Of a DNA stretch of 39,952 nucleotides, positions 1 through 8,175 are shown piece by piece. The position numbers and the translations under genes are program-made. Under the pieces are notes generated by a model. It did no database searches. It had not been told where the DNA came from and was given only the letters and a program-made list of their open reading frames with translations. Numbering within the stretch: position 1 is the first letter of the stretch; each line of letters opens with the position of its first letter. Source of the stretch: a virus (lineage: Duplodnaviria; Heunggongvirae; Uroviricota; Caudoviricetes); IMG/VR virus record IMGVR_UViG_2880384115_000007; one strand, written 5' to 3'.

Positions 1-516
1 ATGAAATTTAAAAAATGTCTTCTGCCTGTGGCAATGTTAGCGTCATTCACTCTGGCAGGATGCCAGTCAAATGCTGATGATCATGCCGCCGATGTTTATC
101 AAACCGATCAACTGAATACCAAACAAGAAACTAAAACCGTTAATATTATTTCCATTCTTCCCGCAAAAGTTGCCGTAGACAACGCCCAAAATAAACGGAA
201 CGCACAAGCCTTCGGCGCGCTTATTGGCGCTGTCGCTGGCGGTGTTATCGGCCACAACGTCGGGTCTGGCAGCAATTCCGGAACGACGGCAGGTGCAGTT
301 GGCGGCGGAGCTGTAGGCGCGGCAGCGGGTTCTATGGTGAATGATAAAACCTTAGTGGAAGGTGTTTCTTTAACATATAAGGAAGGCACCAAAGTGTATA
401 CCTCCACCCAAGTGGGTAAAGAGTGCCAGTTTACGACAGGTTTAGCCGTTGTTATTACCACGACGTATAACGAAACGCGTATTCAGCCAAATACCAAATG
501 TCCTGAAAAGAGCTAA
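1..516 (+). CDS. Glycine-zipper lipoprotein (YcfJ-like); probable host flanking gene
   Basis: ATG at position 1; signal peptide with lipobox LAGC; Gly/Ala-rich run GALIGAVAGGVIGH typical of glycine-zipper lipoproteins; lies beyond the phage lysis end. Confidence 0.55.
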   Translation: MKFKKCLLPVAMLASFTLAGCQSNADDHAADVYQTDQLNTKQETKTVNIISILPAKVAVDNAQNKRNAQAFGALIGAVAGGVIGHNVGSGSNSGTTAGAVGGGAVGAAAGSMVNDKTLVEGVSLTYKEGTKVYTSTQVGKECQFTTGLAVVITTTYNETRIQPNTKCPEKS

Positions 517-531
517 TAATCAGGAGGAGTC

Positions 532-1071
532 ATGAAGAAAGTTTTTCTTTGCGCCATCTTAGCCTCCTTAAGCTATCCGGCTATCGCCTCATCATTGCAG
601 GATCAACTCTCGGCTGTCGCAGAAGCGGAACAGCAAGGTAAAAATGAAGAGCAAAGGCAGCATGACGAATGGGTCGCGGAGCGCAACAGGGAAATCCAGC
701 AAGAGAAGCAACGTCGCGCAAACGCCCAGGCCGCGGCTAATAAAAGAGCGGCAACGGCAGCAGCGAATAAGAAAGCTCGTCAGGATAAACTGGACGCCGA
801 AGCCACTGCGGACAAAAAACGCGATCAAAGTTATGAAGATGAGCTACGTAGCTTAGAGATTCAGAAACAAAAACTGGCGCTGGCGAAAGAAGAAGCCCGC
901 GTTAAGCGCGAAAACGAATTTATCGATCAGGAACTGAAGCACAAAGCTGCGCAAACCGATGTGGTGCAATCTGAAGCTGACGCAAACAGAAATATGACTG
1001 AAGGCGGTCGCGATCTGATGAAAAGCGTGGGTAAAGCAGAAGAGAATAAATCAGATAGCTGGTTTAACTAA
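532..1071 (+). CDS. Secreted, highly charged coiled-coil protein of unknown function; probable host gene
   Basis: AGGAGG RBS upstream of ATG 532; N-terminal signal peptide; K/E/R/Q/A-rich helical sequence; strong terminator downstream. Confidence 0.5.
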   Translation: MKKVFLCAILASLSYPAIASSLQDQLSAVAEAEQQGKNEEQRQHDEWVAERNREIQQEKQRRANAQAAANKRAATAAANKKARQDKLDAEATADKKRDQSYEDELRSLEIQKQKLALAKEEARVKRENEFIDQELKHKAAQTDVVQSEADANRNMTEGGRDLMKSVGKAEENKSDSWFN

Positions 1072-1109
1072 ACGATGTTAGTAACTTCAAACCTATAATT
1101 CTTTAGGAT

Positions 1110-1140
1110 AAAAAACCCTCTGTAGTAACAGAGGGTTTTG
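1110..1140. terminator. Bidirectional rho-independent terminator at the host/prophage junction
   Basis: Perfect 9-bp stem AACCCTCTG / CAGAGGGTT with 6-nt loop, A-run before and T-run after; sits between convergent host gene and phage spanin genes. Confidence 0.7.
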
Positions 1141-1288
1141 TTCATTCATAGTGCAGGGTCAAATCATTCCCACTCAATTATTTACGGACACCATAACCAA
1201 TTGAGTGATAACGCTTTTCCAAATCTCAATTTTCCTCGTACCGTTTTATATACCGTCACAGGAAATCAGTACCATGAAAAATGCTATG

Positions 1289-1771
1289 CTATCTGGTCAG
1301 GGTGTCATACTGTTTTTCGCAGACTCTTCCGGCTTCGGCTGCCCGGTCAGCATACTCTGCCAGTTGTCTGTTTCTCTCGAGAGATTTGCTGAGCACGTCG
1401 GCAAGCAAAACTCCGGTGTCTGCGGCTGACGACCCAGCGCCGACAATGGCGTTATACTGCCTGAGCTGCTCACGGATGGCAAAGAGTTGTTGCTGCAACC
1501 GGCCAGCGCTAGCGGCAGCATCAAGAGCATCATTGCGCGCCTGGTCGATCCTCTGCTGAGCTTCACGTTCATTGGTCACTTTCTCCTGTTCGTAGTACTG
1601 ACGAACTTTGTCTTCTTCGGCTTTGCGGTCTTCTTCCGCCTGAGCATACCCGGCATCGTACTGGCGACTGCCGTGTATATTCCAGGCAACCACTCCTGAT
1701 ATGACCAGAACAGCAAGCACTGCCACGATAAGCAACTGTTTCCAGTATGCTTTTACGAATGCCCAGATCAT
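1289..1771 (-). CDS. Rz-like i-spanin (lysis)
   Basis: N-terminal TM helix then charged coiled-coil periplasmic domain; start overlaps endolysin stop; contains an embedded lipoprotein ORF in another frame. Confidence 0.7.
   Translation of the reverse strand: MIWAFVKAYWKQLLIVAVLAVLVISGVVAWNIHGSRQYDAGYAQAEEDRKAEEDKVRQYYEQEKVTNEREAQQRIDQARNDALDAAASAGRLQQQLFAIREQLRQYNAIVGAGSSAADTGVLLADVLSKSLERNRQLAEYADRAAEAGRVCEKQYDTLTR
1297..1572 (-). CDS. Rz1-like o-spanin lipoprotein, embedded in the i-spanin gene
   Basis: Alternate-frame ORF wholly inside 1289..1771; signal peptide with lipobox LAGC; Pro/Ser-rich mature part; classic embedded spanin pair. Confidence 0.6.
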   Translation of the reverse strand: MNVKLSRGSTRRAMMLLMLPLALAGCSNNSLPSVSSSGSITPLSALGRQPQTPEFCLPTCSANLSRETDNWQSMLTGQPKPEESAKNSMTP

Positions 1772-2397
1772 ACCGCCAGCACCTTACTGGCAGTGATGTA
1801 CCGCGCTCGCCGGTCGTCGATGCCGTTCCGGCCACCATTGATAATCAGAGTTACACGTGCAATATCGCCGGTATACTTCATGCATCCTTTGCTGGCGAAG
1901 AACCACGCCGCGCTACGAGCCGCATATTCGTCCTGCGCCAGCAGTTCAGGGCTCTCCAGCAGGTCAACCTTCAGACCGTTTCCGCAATCACGATAGTTAT
2001 TCAAACCGGTAATCTGGATAAGTCCGCGCCCTCGGTAATTCCAGCCATCACCAGGGGCATTGTTCCCCATGCGTTTGCTGTATACCAGATTTGCGATCGC
2101 GCGCTGGCGCTCAAGTGGCAATGGTGGTTCACCAGCACGGCGCCCCAGTGCGTTAGCCTGTCCCTGGGTGAGACGCCCAGCCCGAACGAAGTTAGCCAGT
2201 CCGGTGACGCTGTAGTTGAAATTTTCCTGCAACCGGTTGAAGCCACCAGACTCATGCCCGACCTGAGCAATAAACATTGCCTGATCTTCGGGTTTGCTGA
2301 TACCAAACTCTTTCATCGCAGAAGTTATATGCGAGAACCAGCGAGCGGCCAGCGCCTCGCTAATACCAGCAGCTCGCTGGAATTGTTTAATCTCCAT
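1768..2397 (-). CDS. Endolysin, glycoside hydrolase family 19 (chitinase-like)
   Basis: Start moved to ATG at 2397 (MEIKQFQ...); GH19-like motifs QVGHESGGF and [15 protein letters not shown]; the ORF-track N-terminal extension overlaps the upstream gene and looks non-coding. Confidence 0.8.
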   Translation of the reverse strand: MEIKQFQRAAGISEALAARWFSHITSAMKEFGISKPEDQAMFIAQVGHESGGFNRLQENFNYSVTGLANFVRAGRLTQGQANALGRRAGEPPLPLERQRAIANLVYSKRMGNNAPGDGWNYRGRGLIQITGLNNYRDCGNGLKVDLLESPELLAQDEYAARSAAWFFASKGCMKYTGDIARVTLIINGGRNGIDDRRARYITASKVLAV

Positions 2398-2695
2398 GTT
2401 TAGACCTCGATATTTTGAAAATATGAACAACGTTACCGCGTGTTTTAATAACCGCGGCAAGCATGACAGCGTTGATAATGACCTCAGATAAATCCACAGC
2501 CATTGGCGTGCGTAACCAGATTGCATAGACGACACGAACAGGAATACTTGCCGCAGCAACAATAAGGAAATAAGCAAGCCACCCTCCCCATCTTCGATGT
2601 TGAGAGCCGTTACGCCGGAATGTGACAACGCGAATTGCTATGCCAGTACAAATAACTGCATTGGTGATAAGCAAAAAAAACTCATGCGTTACCAT
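2387..2695 (-). CDS. Small membrane protein of the lysis cassette (holin or antiholin candidate)
   Basis: 102 aa with hydrophobic segments; sits between putative holin and endolysin; overlaps both neighbours. Confidence 0.45.
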   Translation of the reverse strand: MVTHEFFLLITNAVICTGIAIRVVTFRRNGSQHRRWGGWLAYFLIVAAASIPVRVVYAIWLRTPMAVDLSEVIINAVMLAAVIKTRGNVVHIFKISRSKHGD

Positions 2696-3086
2696 CGTCT
2701 TTTCTCCCCGGAATTAACTCGCGTGGATTATCGGAACGGTGATAGAGCCAGATGCCAATACGCACGGCGACAATTGCTGACACGAATGCGCCTGCAGAGA
2801 AAACAATCCCTTTTTCAAAAGAGTCCTGCGTGATGGTAGGGATCAGGCTGGCTATGCCGATAAGAATTGATGCTGCTGGTTTGTAAAAGAGAAGGCCGCA
2901 AAGAAAGCTGAGCATCGACAGGAGCACCCGGCGACGGATGGGGTACTCTACTGCAGAGGTAACAAAAATTACCGCCCCAGCCAAAGCCCCTAAAGCAACC
3001 TCCGGAGGGACACCTGCAATAACCGCAGCAAGAGAACTAACACTAAGCCACTGATTTGAAGTTTCATTGGTTAGTTGGAATGACAT
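2682..3086 (-). CDS. Putative holin
   Basis: 134 aa with multiple predicted TM helices and charged C-terminus; first gene of the lysis cassette after the tailspike. Confidence 0.5.
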   Translation of the reverse strand: MSFQLTNETSNQWLSVSSLAAVIAGVPPEVALGALAGAVIFVTSAVEYPIRRRVLLSMLSFLCGLLFYKPAASILIGIASLIPTITQDSFEKGIVFSAGAFVSAIVAVRIGIWLYHRSDNPRELIPGRKDDGNA

Positions 3087-3158
3087 AACGAAACCCGTTT
3101 ATTTGCAAACACCCTGCTTCAGGAAAAGTATACCGCGCAACAACACACCATTTACGGT

Positions 3159-5621
3159 TCAATTCCCTGTTAATTGCAAAACTTGCTCTTCCAGCTTTTT
3201 AACCCTGCGTCTCATCATCGCAGATTCCAGAATCAGAGCCTCTTCATAACGGATACCGTAACATTCACCAGCCTCGACGGCTTCGCGTACCAGAACCTTT
3301 GTCTGTATAAGTGGGTAAACTCCTGCAGAATGCTCTTCTTCCGTCACATCCCTGTATTCTGCCGGGGTCTCATTCCACTTGTCATAACAGATAAATGCCA
3401 GTCGTGACACATCTATGCCTTCATTCTGAAATACACTGATAACATGCTGCGCAACTGCACCAAAGTGCCATCTTGCTCCGTCTTTACCTTTCACTTCGAT
3501 CCTGTCAAGGTACTGGTATGAAACCCATTCCACTCTTTCCCATGCGTCCAGTATTTTCTCATCAATAACCTCTGGAGCAGTCTTGAAACGCGCATCGGAC
3601 AGCACCGTAAACGCTGACTGGGTAAATCCCCCCGACCATGCACGACCAGCCAACCCAAGAGAATAAGTATTCGTTGTCGATGGTGTCATGGCTGAATCAG
3701 AAAACTGTATATATTCTGAATTTCCAGTAGATATTCGAATATTTCCATTTATTAGCGACATAGTGCCTTTAGTATTATCACTATTGAATAATTTCAATTG
3801 CGAACTTATACCGCCTCCCACAGCCAGAGATACATCGCCTTCAGCAAGCATTCTGAATTTATCTGCAGAAACAAGCGTCTGGTTAGCAAGGTTAAAATAT
3901 TTAACCCACCATTCAAAATGCCCTGACATAGTCCCAACGTACTGACCAAGCGCAGGGACGTGAACAACATTGCTATTTGTAGTGCCGTCTATACTGGAAA
4001 TACCAGTCACCGCTGATGCAGAACTCAGAATATTATTTCTGTCACCCGGATGTTTAATTTCAACAAAGTTCCTGATACACCCTTCCTCGAAGGTAACCAC
4101 GCCGGAAGAACTATACATGGGGAATATTGACGCATAATTACTGCGTGCAGCATCTAAGAAACGAATGGTTGTAGATGTCTGCAGATCTCCTGATTCATTT
4201 TTCCCATCACACCCAGTCATTAGAATATTACTGGCAATATTATTATTTCCCTGAACGGTGACGCCGTGCGCCTGCTTTGCGTCCGATTCAGAGTAATCAA
4301 CCAGCACATCCGAAATCAGGTTACCAGTCCCCTTGCCAACAACTACTGCGGCGTATTTTGGGTTGTTAGCCATTACACTGCTAATGATATTATTCGTTGG
4401 GGCAGTTTCCGTCTCAGTTCCATTGTAAACAACGTGCTGACACTCTTCACCAATAACATTGCTGACAATGTTATATTTTGCTGCTGTTTTAAGTTCCACT
4501 GCACCAAACTGAGGATAATTTCTGGCTATCACACCATCAATTAGCGTATTTTGCGATGAATCAAAAAGCACACAACCTGCTTTTTTATTATTTGCGAACC
4601 CTAAATACTCTCCTCTTATATCTCTAACAATGTAACCTGACGGAATACCATTATCCGGATAAGCGATCAAGCTAAATCCTGGTCCTCGCGTATTTGTAAA
4701 TCTGATATTTTTAACCGATACATCATGGCCACCTGAAAATGACACCTGGTGTCCCTGCACACTATCATCTGATTTATTTCCCATAATTGTTAGCGTACTA
4801 AGCATGCCACCATCGGGCATGTTAAAAACCAGATGATTACCATCTCTGTCATACTGTTTTATCGTTCCCCCACCTGTTCCGTACAAGCCACAACGTGAAA
4901 GAGAAACTAAAGATGTATTGAATACCCCTTCCGGAACAAAAACACTGCTAAACGAATGTAATGATTTTGTAAAAGCATCCTTGTTATCATTTAAGATTCC
5001 ATTTTGAGCTCCAAAATCCTTAATGCTGACACCATCACGCATCTTATCCTGGAACGTTCTGTATACCGCTCCAGAACCATACTGAATAAACCAACCAAAA
5101 CCACCAATAACTCCGGCGATTGCAGCATCGACATAATTACGCATTGAGCGATTATTTACAGCGTCCTGCTCAAGTGATGGATCGGCAAGGTTAGATATTC
5201 TGTTTTGCTTTGCATCGTAATATTTTGCAAGCAAAGATGGTTTCATCAATGCACGTCTGAACCACCCAAAACATCGCTGGATCAGCATCGTCAGGTAGTC
5301 AAATGCATCCTCATGAACTTCGGGGAAAAATTTTCCCTGATTGCGAAGATCAGTCTCCTGCACCACATCAAGCACACGCTCTATCGTGATTCGCCAGCCA
5401 GCAGCAAGCGGCGACGGAAGAACCACTGCACCGCCACTATAAGTTCCCGCCCCTGTTACCGTATAACCAGCATCCAGCACTAGTTTTGTAACGTTACCGT
5501 TAAGGTCAGACACCTGAACAACCAGGTCGGATTTTTTGAAAATACGGAAGGTATACGGAAATGATGTCGTAACGCCGTTACCTGTGTATTCGTTGTGGTC
5601 AACTTCGGTTGAGACCGTCAT
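3159..5621 (-). CDS. Tailspike / receptor-binding depolymerase with C-terminal self-cleaving chaperone domain
   Basis: 820 aa; N-terminal ~130 aa resemble the T7 gp17-type tail-fibre anchor; central Gly/Asn/Ser/Thr-rich repetitive region typical of beta-helix depolymerases; C-terminus (SDARFKT...WHFGAVAQHV) resembles peptidase S74 intramolecular chaperone domains; centre and C-terminus look AT-rich by eye. Confidence 0.8.
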   Translation of the reverse strand: MTVSTEVDHNEYTGNGVTTSFPYTFRIFKKSDLVVQVSDLNGNVTKLVLDAGYTVTGAGTYSGGAVVLPSPLAAGWRITIERVLDVVQETDLRNQGKFFPEVHEDAFDYLTMLIQRCFGWFRRALMKPSLLAKYYDAKQNRISNLADPSLEQDAVNNRSMRNYVDAAIAGVIGGFGWFIQYGSGAVYRTFQDKMRDGVSIKDFGAQNGILNDNKDAFTKSLHSFSSVFVPEGVFNTSLVSLSRCGLYGTGGGTIKQYDRDGNHLVFNMPDGGMLSTLTIMGNKSDDSVQGHQVSFSGGHDVSVKNIRFTNTRGPGFSLIAYPDNGIPSGYIVRDIRGEYLGFANNKKAGCVLFDSSQNTLIDGVIARNYPQFGAVELKTAAKYNIVSNVIGEECQHVVYNGTETETAPTNNIISSVMANNPKYAAVVVGKGTGNLISDVLVDYSESDAKQAHGVTVQGNNNIASNILMTGCDGKNESGDLQTSTTIRFLDAARSNYASIFPMYSSSGVVTFEEGCIRNFVEIKHPGDRNNILSSASAVTGISSIDGTTNSNVVHVPALGQYVGTMSGHFEWWVKYFNLANQTLVSADKFRMLAEGDVSLAVGGGISSQLKLFNSDNTKGTMSLINGNIRISTGNSEYIQFSDSAMTPSTTNTYSLGLAGRAWSGGFTQSAFTVLSDARFKTAPEVIDEKILDAWERVEWVSYQYLDRIEVKGKDGARWHFGAVAQHVISVFQNEGIDVSRLAFICYDKWNETPAEYRDVTEEEHSAGVYPLIQTKVLVREAVEAGECYGIRYEEALILESAMMRRRVKKLEEQVLQLTGN

Positions 5622-5724
5622 GTTAAATCTCCAGATAGTCGCAGCACCCGTTGCGCCGCATATCTGGTTATTCTATTACCTGAAAAACCACATATGGATA
5701 TAAAGGCTGTAAATACGAATAGAT

Positions 5725-5741
5725 ATTACCTTTCAGGTAAT
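5725..5741. promoter_or_regulatory. Dyad ATTACCTTTCAGGTAAT (TTACC-N5-GGTAA), candidate operator
   Basis: Perfect 7-3-7 inverted repeat between divergent tailspike gene and LexA-box gene; same dyad recurs at 10 other intergenic sites. Confidence 0.6.
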
Positions 5742-5777
5742 TTGCAAAACGTGCTGGATAGCAAACAAATTATTTGC

Positions 5778-5797
5778 TACTGTATAAATATACAGTT
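5778..5797. promoter_or_regulatory. LexA (SOS) box
   Basis: TACTGTATAAATATACAGTT matches the CTGT-N8-ACAG enterobacterial LexA consensus at 18 of 20 positions; directly upstream of the 5818..6075 gene. Confidence 0.8.
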
Positions 5798-5817
5798 ATT
5801 GCATGGAGAAGATTAAG

Positions 5818-6075
5818 ATGCAGCAGTATCACTATCCACTGGAAGAGGGATTTACCGAAAGGATTCACACGCCGGGAGGCGTCAGGTCACTGGTGGAGGG
5901 ATCGCACTTGATGAAATTACTCCGGGATCTCGATAAGGATGGATTTAATGTCGATGGCCCACTTGCCGAACTGACTGCACTGATTAACTACGTCACCAGC
6001 TCACAGATGTCTATGCAGGATCTGCAAACACATCTCGACTATTGTGCCGAACAATTACGAAAACAAACCAGATAA
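5818..6075 (+). CDS. Small LexA-controlled protein; candidate SOS-inducible antirepressor
   Basis: Start placed at second ATG (5818), which has a GGAG RBS; the 85-aa product aligns with the C-terminal ~65 aa of the Bro-N protein at 6391..7101; LexA box sits in its promoter. Confidence 0.5.
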   Translation: MQQYHYPLEEGFTERIHTPGGVRSLVEGSHLMKLLRDLDKDGFNVDGPLAELTALINYVTSSQMSMQDLQTHLDYCAEQLRKQTR

Positions 6076-6211
6076 GATTTGAAATTACCAATAGGAGTGC
6101 TTATATTTACCTTTGCAGTAAATTTACATCGCACTCCTCTTGTGCCATAGTAATCGGGCACTGGCAAAATCCAGTGCCGGGATTGGCGTCCCGGGTTACT
6201 AAGTGGCGCAT

Positions 6212-6235
6212 ACCACGCCAGACGTGGTTTTTTTA
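6212..6235 (+). terminator. Rho-independent terminator
   Basis: Stem ACCACG / CGTGGT with 5-nt loop followed by seven T; ends a structured untranslated stretch 6076..6235. Confidence 0.55.
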
Positions 6236-6390
6236 TGCGTTAAGCACAGCTATATCCGAATTATGGTGGGCTGGGCAGGGGTCCGAAAGGACGCCGGTAC
6301 CACTTAGGCCGGTACGCCAACCTTGTCCAGTTCACCACCAGTAATTGGCGTTGCGGTGGTGATTAAAATCACTAAGTGGAGATAACCACC

Positions 6391-7101
6391 ATGGCTAATG
6401 CTCAAACTGCCATCTTCAAATTTGAATCTGTTAACCCTATCCGTTCCATCATTATCGATGGCCAACCATGGTTTGTAGCCCAAGACGTTTGTAGTGCGCT
6501 GCGTATCCAAAACGTCACCCAAGCACTTGAAAAACTGGATGATGATGAAAGGTCTATGTTCAACATAGGGCATGAACATCGTGCAATTTTTGACAGCCGA
6601 GTAAAAGAGATCAACATTATCTCCGAGTCAGGCCTCTACACACTGATCCTCCGCTGCCGCGACGCAGTGACACCAGGCACTATCCCCTACCGCTTTCGTA
6701 AATGGGTTACAGGTGAGGTTCTTCCTCAGATCCGCCGCACCGGAAGTTACATTAAAAACTCGCTCCCGCAGGAAGAACGCATAAAGATGGTTGCCGACCA
6801 GGTAGCCAACGCCACAGCATCAGCAATGATGCAGGCAATGAAGATAGAGAACAAAACCTACAGTGCCCCACTGAAGCCCGGCTACCGTAGCCTGATTCAT
6901 TCTCCGTCTGGTGTTCTCGGCCTGACGGAGAACTCACTGCTGATGAATCTGCTGAACCAGTTACAGGACGACGGGCACGACGTATCGGGCGCGGCGGCGG
7001 AGCTGACCACCATGTTCTGCTACATCGTTGGTGTGAGCAAATGCCTGCGTGATATCCAGACGCACGCGGAGTACATCAACGACAAGGCAGGGTTCTTCTG
7101 A
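6391..7101 (+). CDS. Bro-N domain protein (antirepressor-like)
   Basis: Start at ATG 6391 with GGAG RBS (track start 6376 is GTG); N-terminus has Bro-N hallmarks (FKFESVNPIRSIIIDGQPWFVAQDV...LDDDER...FRKWVTGEVLPQIRRTGSY); C-terminal domain homologous to the 5818..6075 product. Confidence 0.75.
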   Translation: MANAQTAIFKFESVNPIRSIIIDGQPWFVAQDVCSALRIQNVTQALEKLDDDERSMFNIGHEHRAIFDSRVKEINIISESGLYTLILRCRDAVTPGTIPYRFRKWVTGEVLPQIRRTGSYIKNSLPQEERIKMVADQVANATASAMMQAMKIENKTYSAPLKPGYRSLIHSPSGVLGLTENSLLMNLLNQLQDDGHDVSGAAAELTTMFCYIVGVSKCLRDIQTHAEYINDKAGFF

Positions 7102-7173
7102 CGGGCGGCGGCACAGGGATGTGCCTTTAAATAATTCTGTACAGATTGCAGACTGGGGGTGAATAGCGTACTA

Positions 7174-7188
7174 TTACCTCAAGGGTAA
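7174..7188. promoter_or_regulatory. TTACC-N5-GGTAA dyad upstream of the moron gene
   Basis: TTACCTCAAGGGTAA about 60 bp upstream of ATG 7248. Confidence 0.5.
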
Positions 7189-7247
7189 GAAAGCATTTTT
7201 AATCTTCCCTTCAAAACGCGTCCTGTAGCCAAACATGGGAGGACGAA

Positions 7248-7880
7248 ATGAGAACAAATACAACAAGAAAAGCGATGCCATACATTATCCCAGAAGCAGA
7301 TTTCGATAGAAAACTGAACATGTCTGAGAAGAACACTAGTCACACCGAAAGCTACTTAGCGAAAGGTGTGGTTGATTTCGTTCTTCCGGGATTCACAACA
7401 CCTTATGGTTATCGCCTTGTAAAATCTTGTAATGGCGATCATTACAGAATGATTACTACCAGCGATACTCCAGAAACGGTGTATGCGGTTAAGTTAATCT
7501 TTCGGGAAGATATCGTCGAAGCCAAAAGAACATGTACGCAGATCATGGTATGGCGTACGCCTAATGTTATTCATGACCGTGCTGTTCATGGTTTGCCTCA
7601 GATTTTTTTTCAGTTCTTCCTAGAGCAATATGCGATCGTTGTATCTGATGAGCAACAAACAATCGATGGGAGAAGATTCTGGGAAAGAATGATTTCTTGG
7701 GCTATAAACACCCCAGGATATAATGTATACGTTTCAGATGGCTCTGAAGAAGATAGACCTCTTAGCTTCATGGCATCATGGGATGATTTCTATAGCCAGT
7801 GGGCTGATTTCTGTTGGGGCAGTGATAAAGATGTGCATACCCACAGACTACTGGTTATAAGCAAAGATAAACTGCATTAA
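7248..7880 (+). CDS. Hypothetical protein, AT-rich moron
   Basis: 210-aa ORF with GGGAGG RBS and its own terminator; visibly more AT-rich than flanking phage genes; no recognisable motifs, no TM or signal peptide. Confidence 0.6.
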   Translation: MRTNTTRKAMPYIIPEADFDRKLNMSEKNTSHTESYLAKGVVDFVLPGFTTPYGYRLVKSCNGDHYRMITTSDTPETVYAVKLIFREDIVEAKRTCTQIMVWRTPNVIHDRAVHGLPQIFFQFFLEQYAIVVSDEQQTIDGRRFWERMISWAINTPGYNVYVSDGSEEDRPLSFMASWDDFYSQWADFCWGSDKDVHTHRLLVISKDKLH

Positions 7881-7882
7881 TA

Positions 7883-7907
7883 GAAGCCCGCAGCGCGGGC
7901 TTTTTTG
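7883..7907 (+). terminator. Rho-independent terminator
   Basis: GCCCGC-agc-GCGGGC stem-loop followed by six T, directly after the stop of 7248..7880. Confidence 0.7.
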
Positions 7908-7978
7908 TGGACGAAACAAAAGTCAGTGCTACACTCATTGACGCCACATTGAGGTGGCTTATAGATGGAAATTTCACA

Positions 7979-8140
7979 ATGAAAAAAGCATTTGCTGCAC
8001 TGTTCGTTTTGTTGTCTCTGGTAGCTTCAACTCAGGCCTTTGCCGGTCGTTGTCAGCACGACAGCGATACTGCCGCTGACGGCTCCCGCTGCGGTGGGCG
8101 TTCTGCGGATTCCCGCCCGGGCGGCGGTGGCATTCGTTAA
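7979..8140 (+). CDS. Small secreted Cys-containing peptide (hypothetical)
   Basis: In-frame ATG at 7979 gives 53 aa with signal peptide MKKAFAALFVLLSLVASTQAFA; sigma70-like promoter TTGACG-16-TATAGA at 7938..7965; below the usual ORF size cutoff. Confidence 0.35.
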   Translation: MKKAFAALFVLLSLVASTQAFAGRCQHDSDTAADGSRCGGRSADSRPGGGGIR

Positions 8141-8163
8141 AAACAAGGCCGCGAAAGCGGCCT

Positions 8164-8175
8164 GTGACATGTCAC
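8164..8175. repeat. Perfect 12-bp palindrome GTGACATGTCAC, copy 1 of 3
   Basis: Identical palindrome also at 25721..25732 and 27985..27996; this copy overlaps the stop codon of 8172..8468 at a convergent junction. Confidence 0.8.

Noticed and set aside
1768-2628. Long 286-aa form of the endolysin ORF
   Set aside because: The first 77 residues are low-complexity, overlap the upstream membrane-protein gene, and the recognisable GH19 sequence starts at the internal ATG at 2397, which overlaps the upstream stop.
7150-7166. Possible second LexA box CTGTACAGATTGCAGA upstream of the moron
   Set aside because: The second half-site is displaced by one base (GCAG/CAGA rather than ACAG at the required spacing), so it does not fit CTGT-N8-ACAG.
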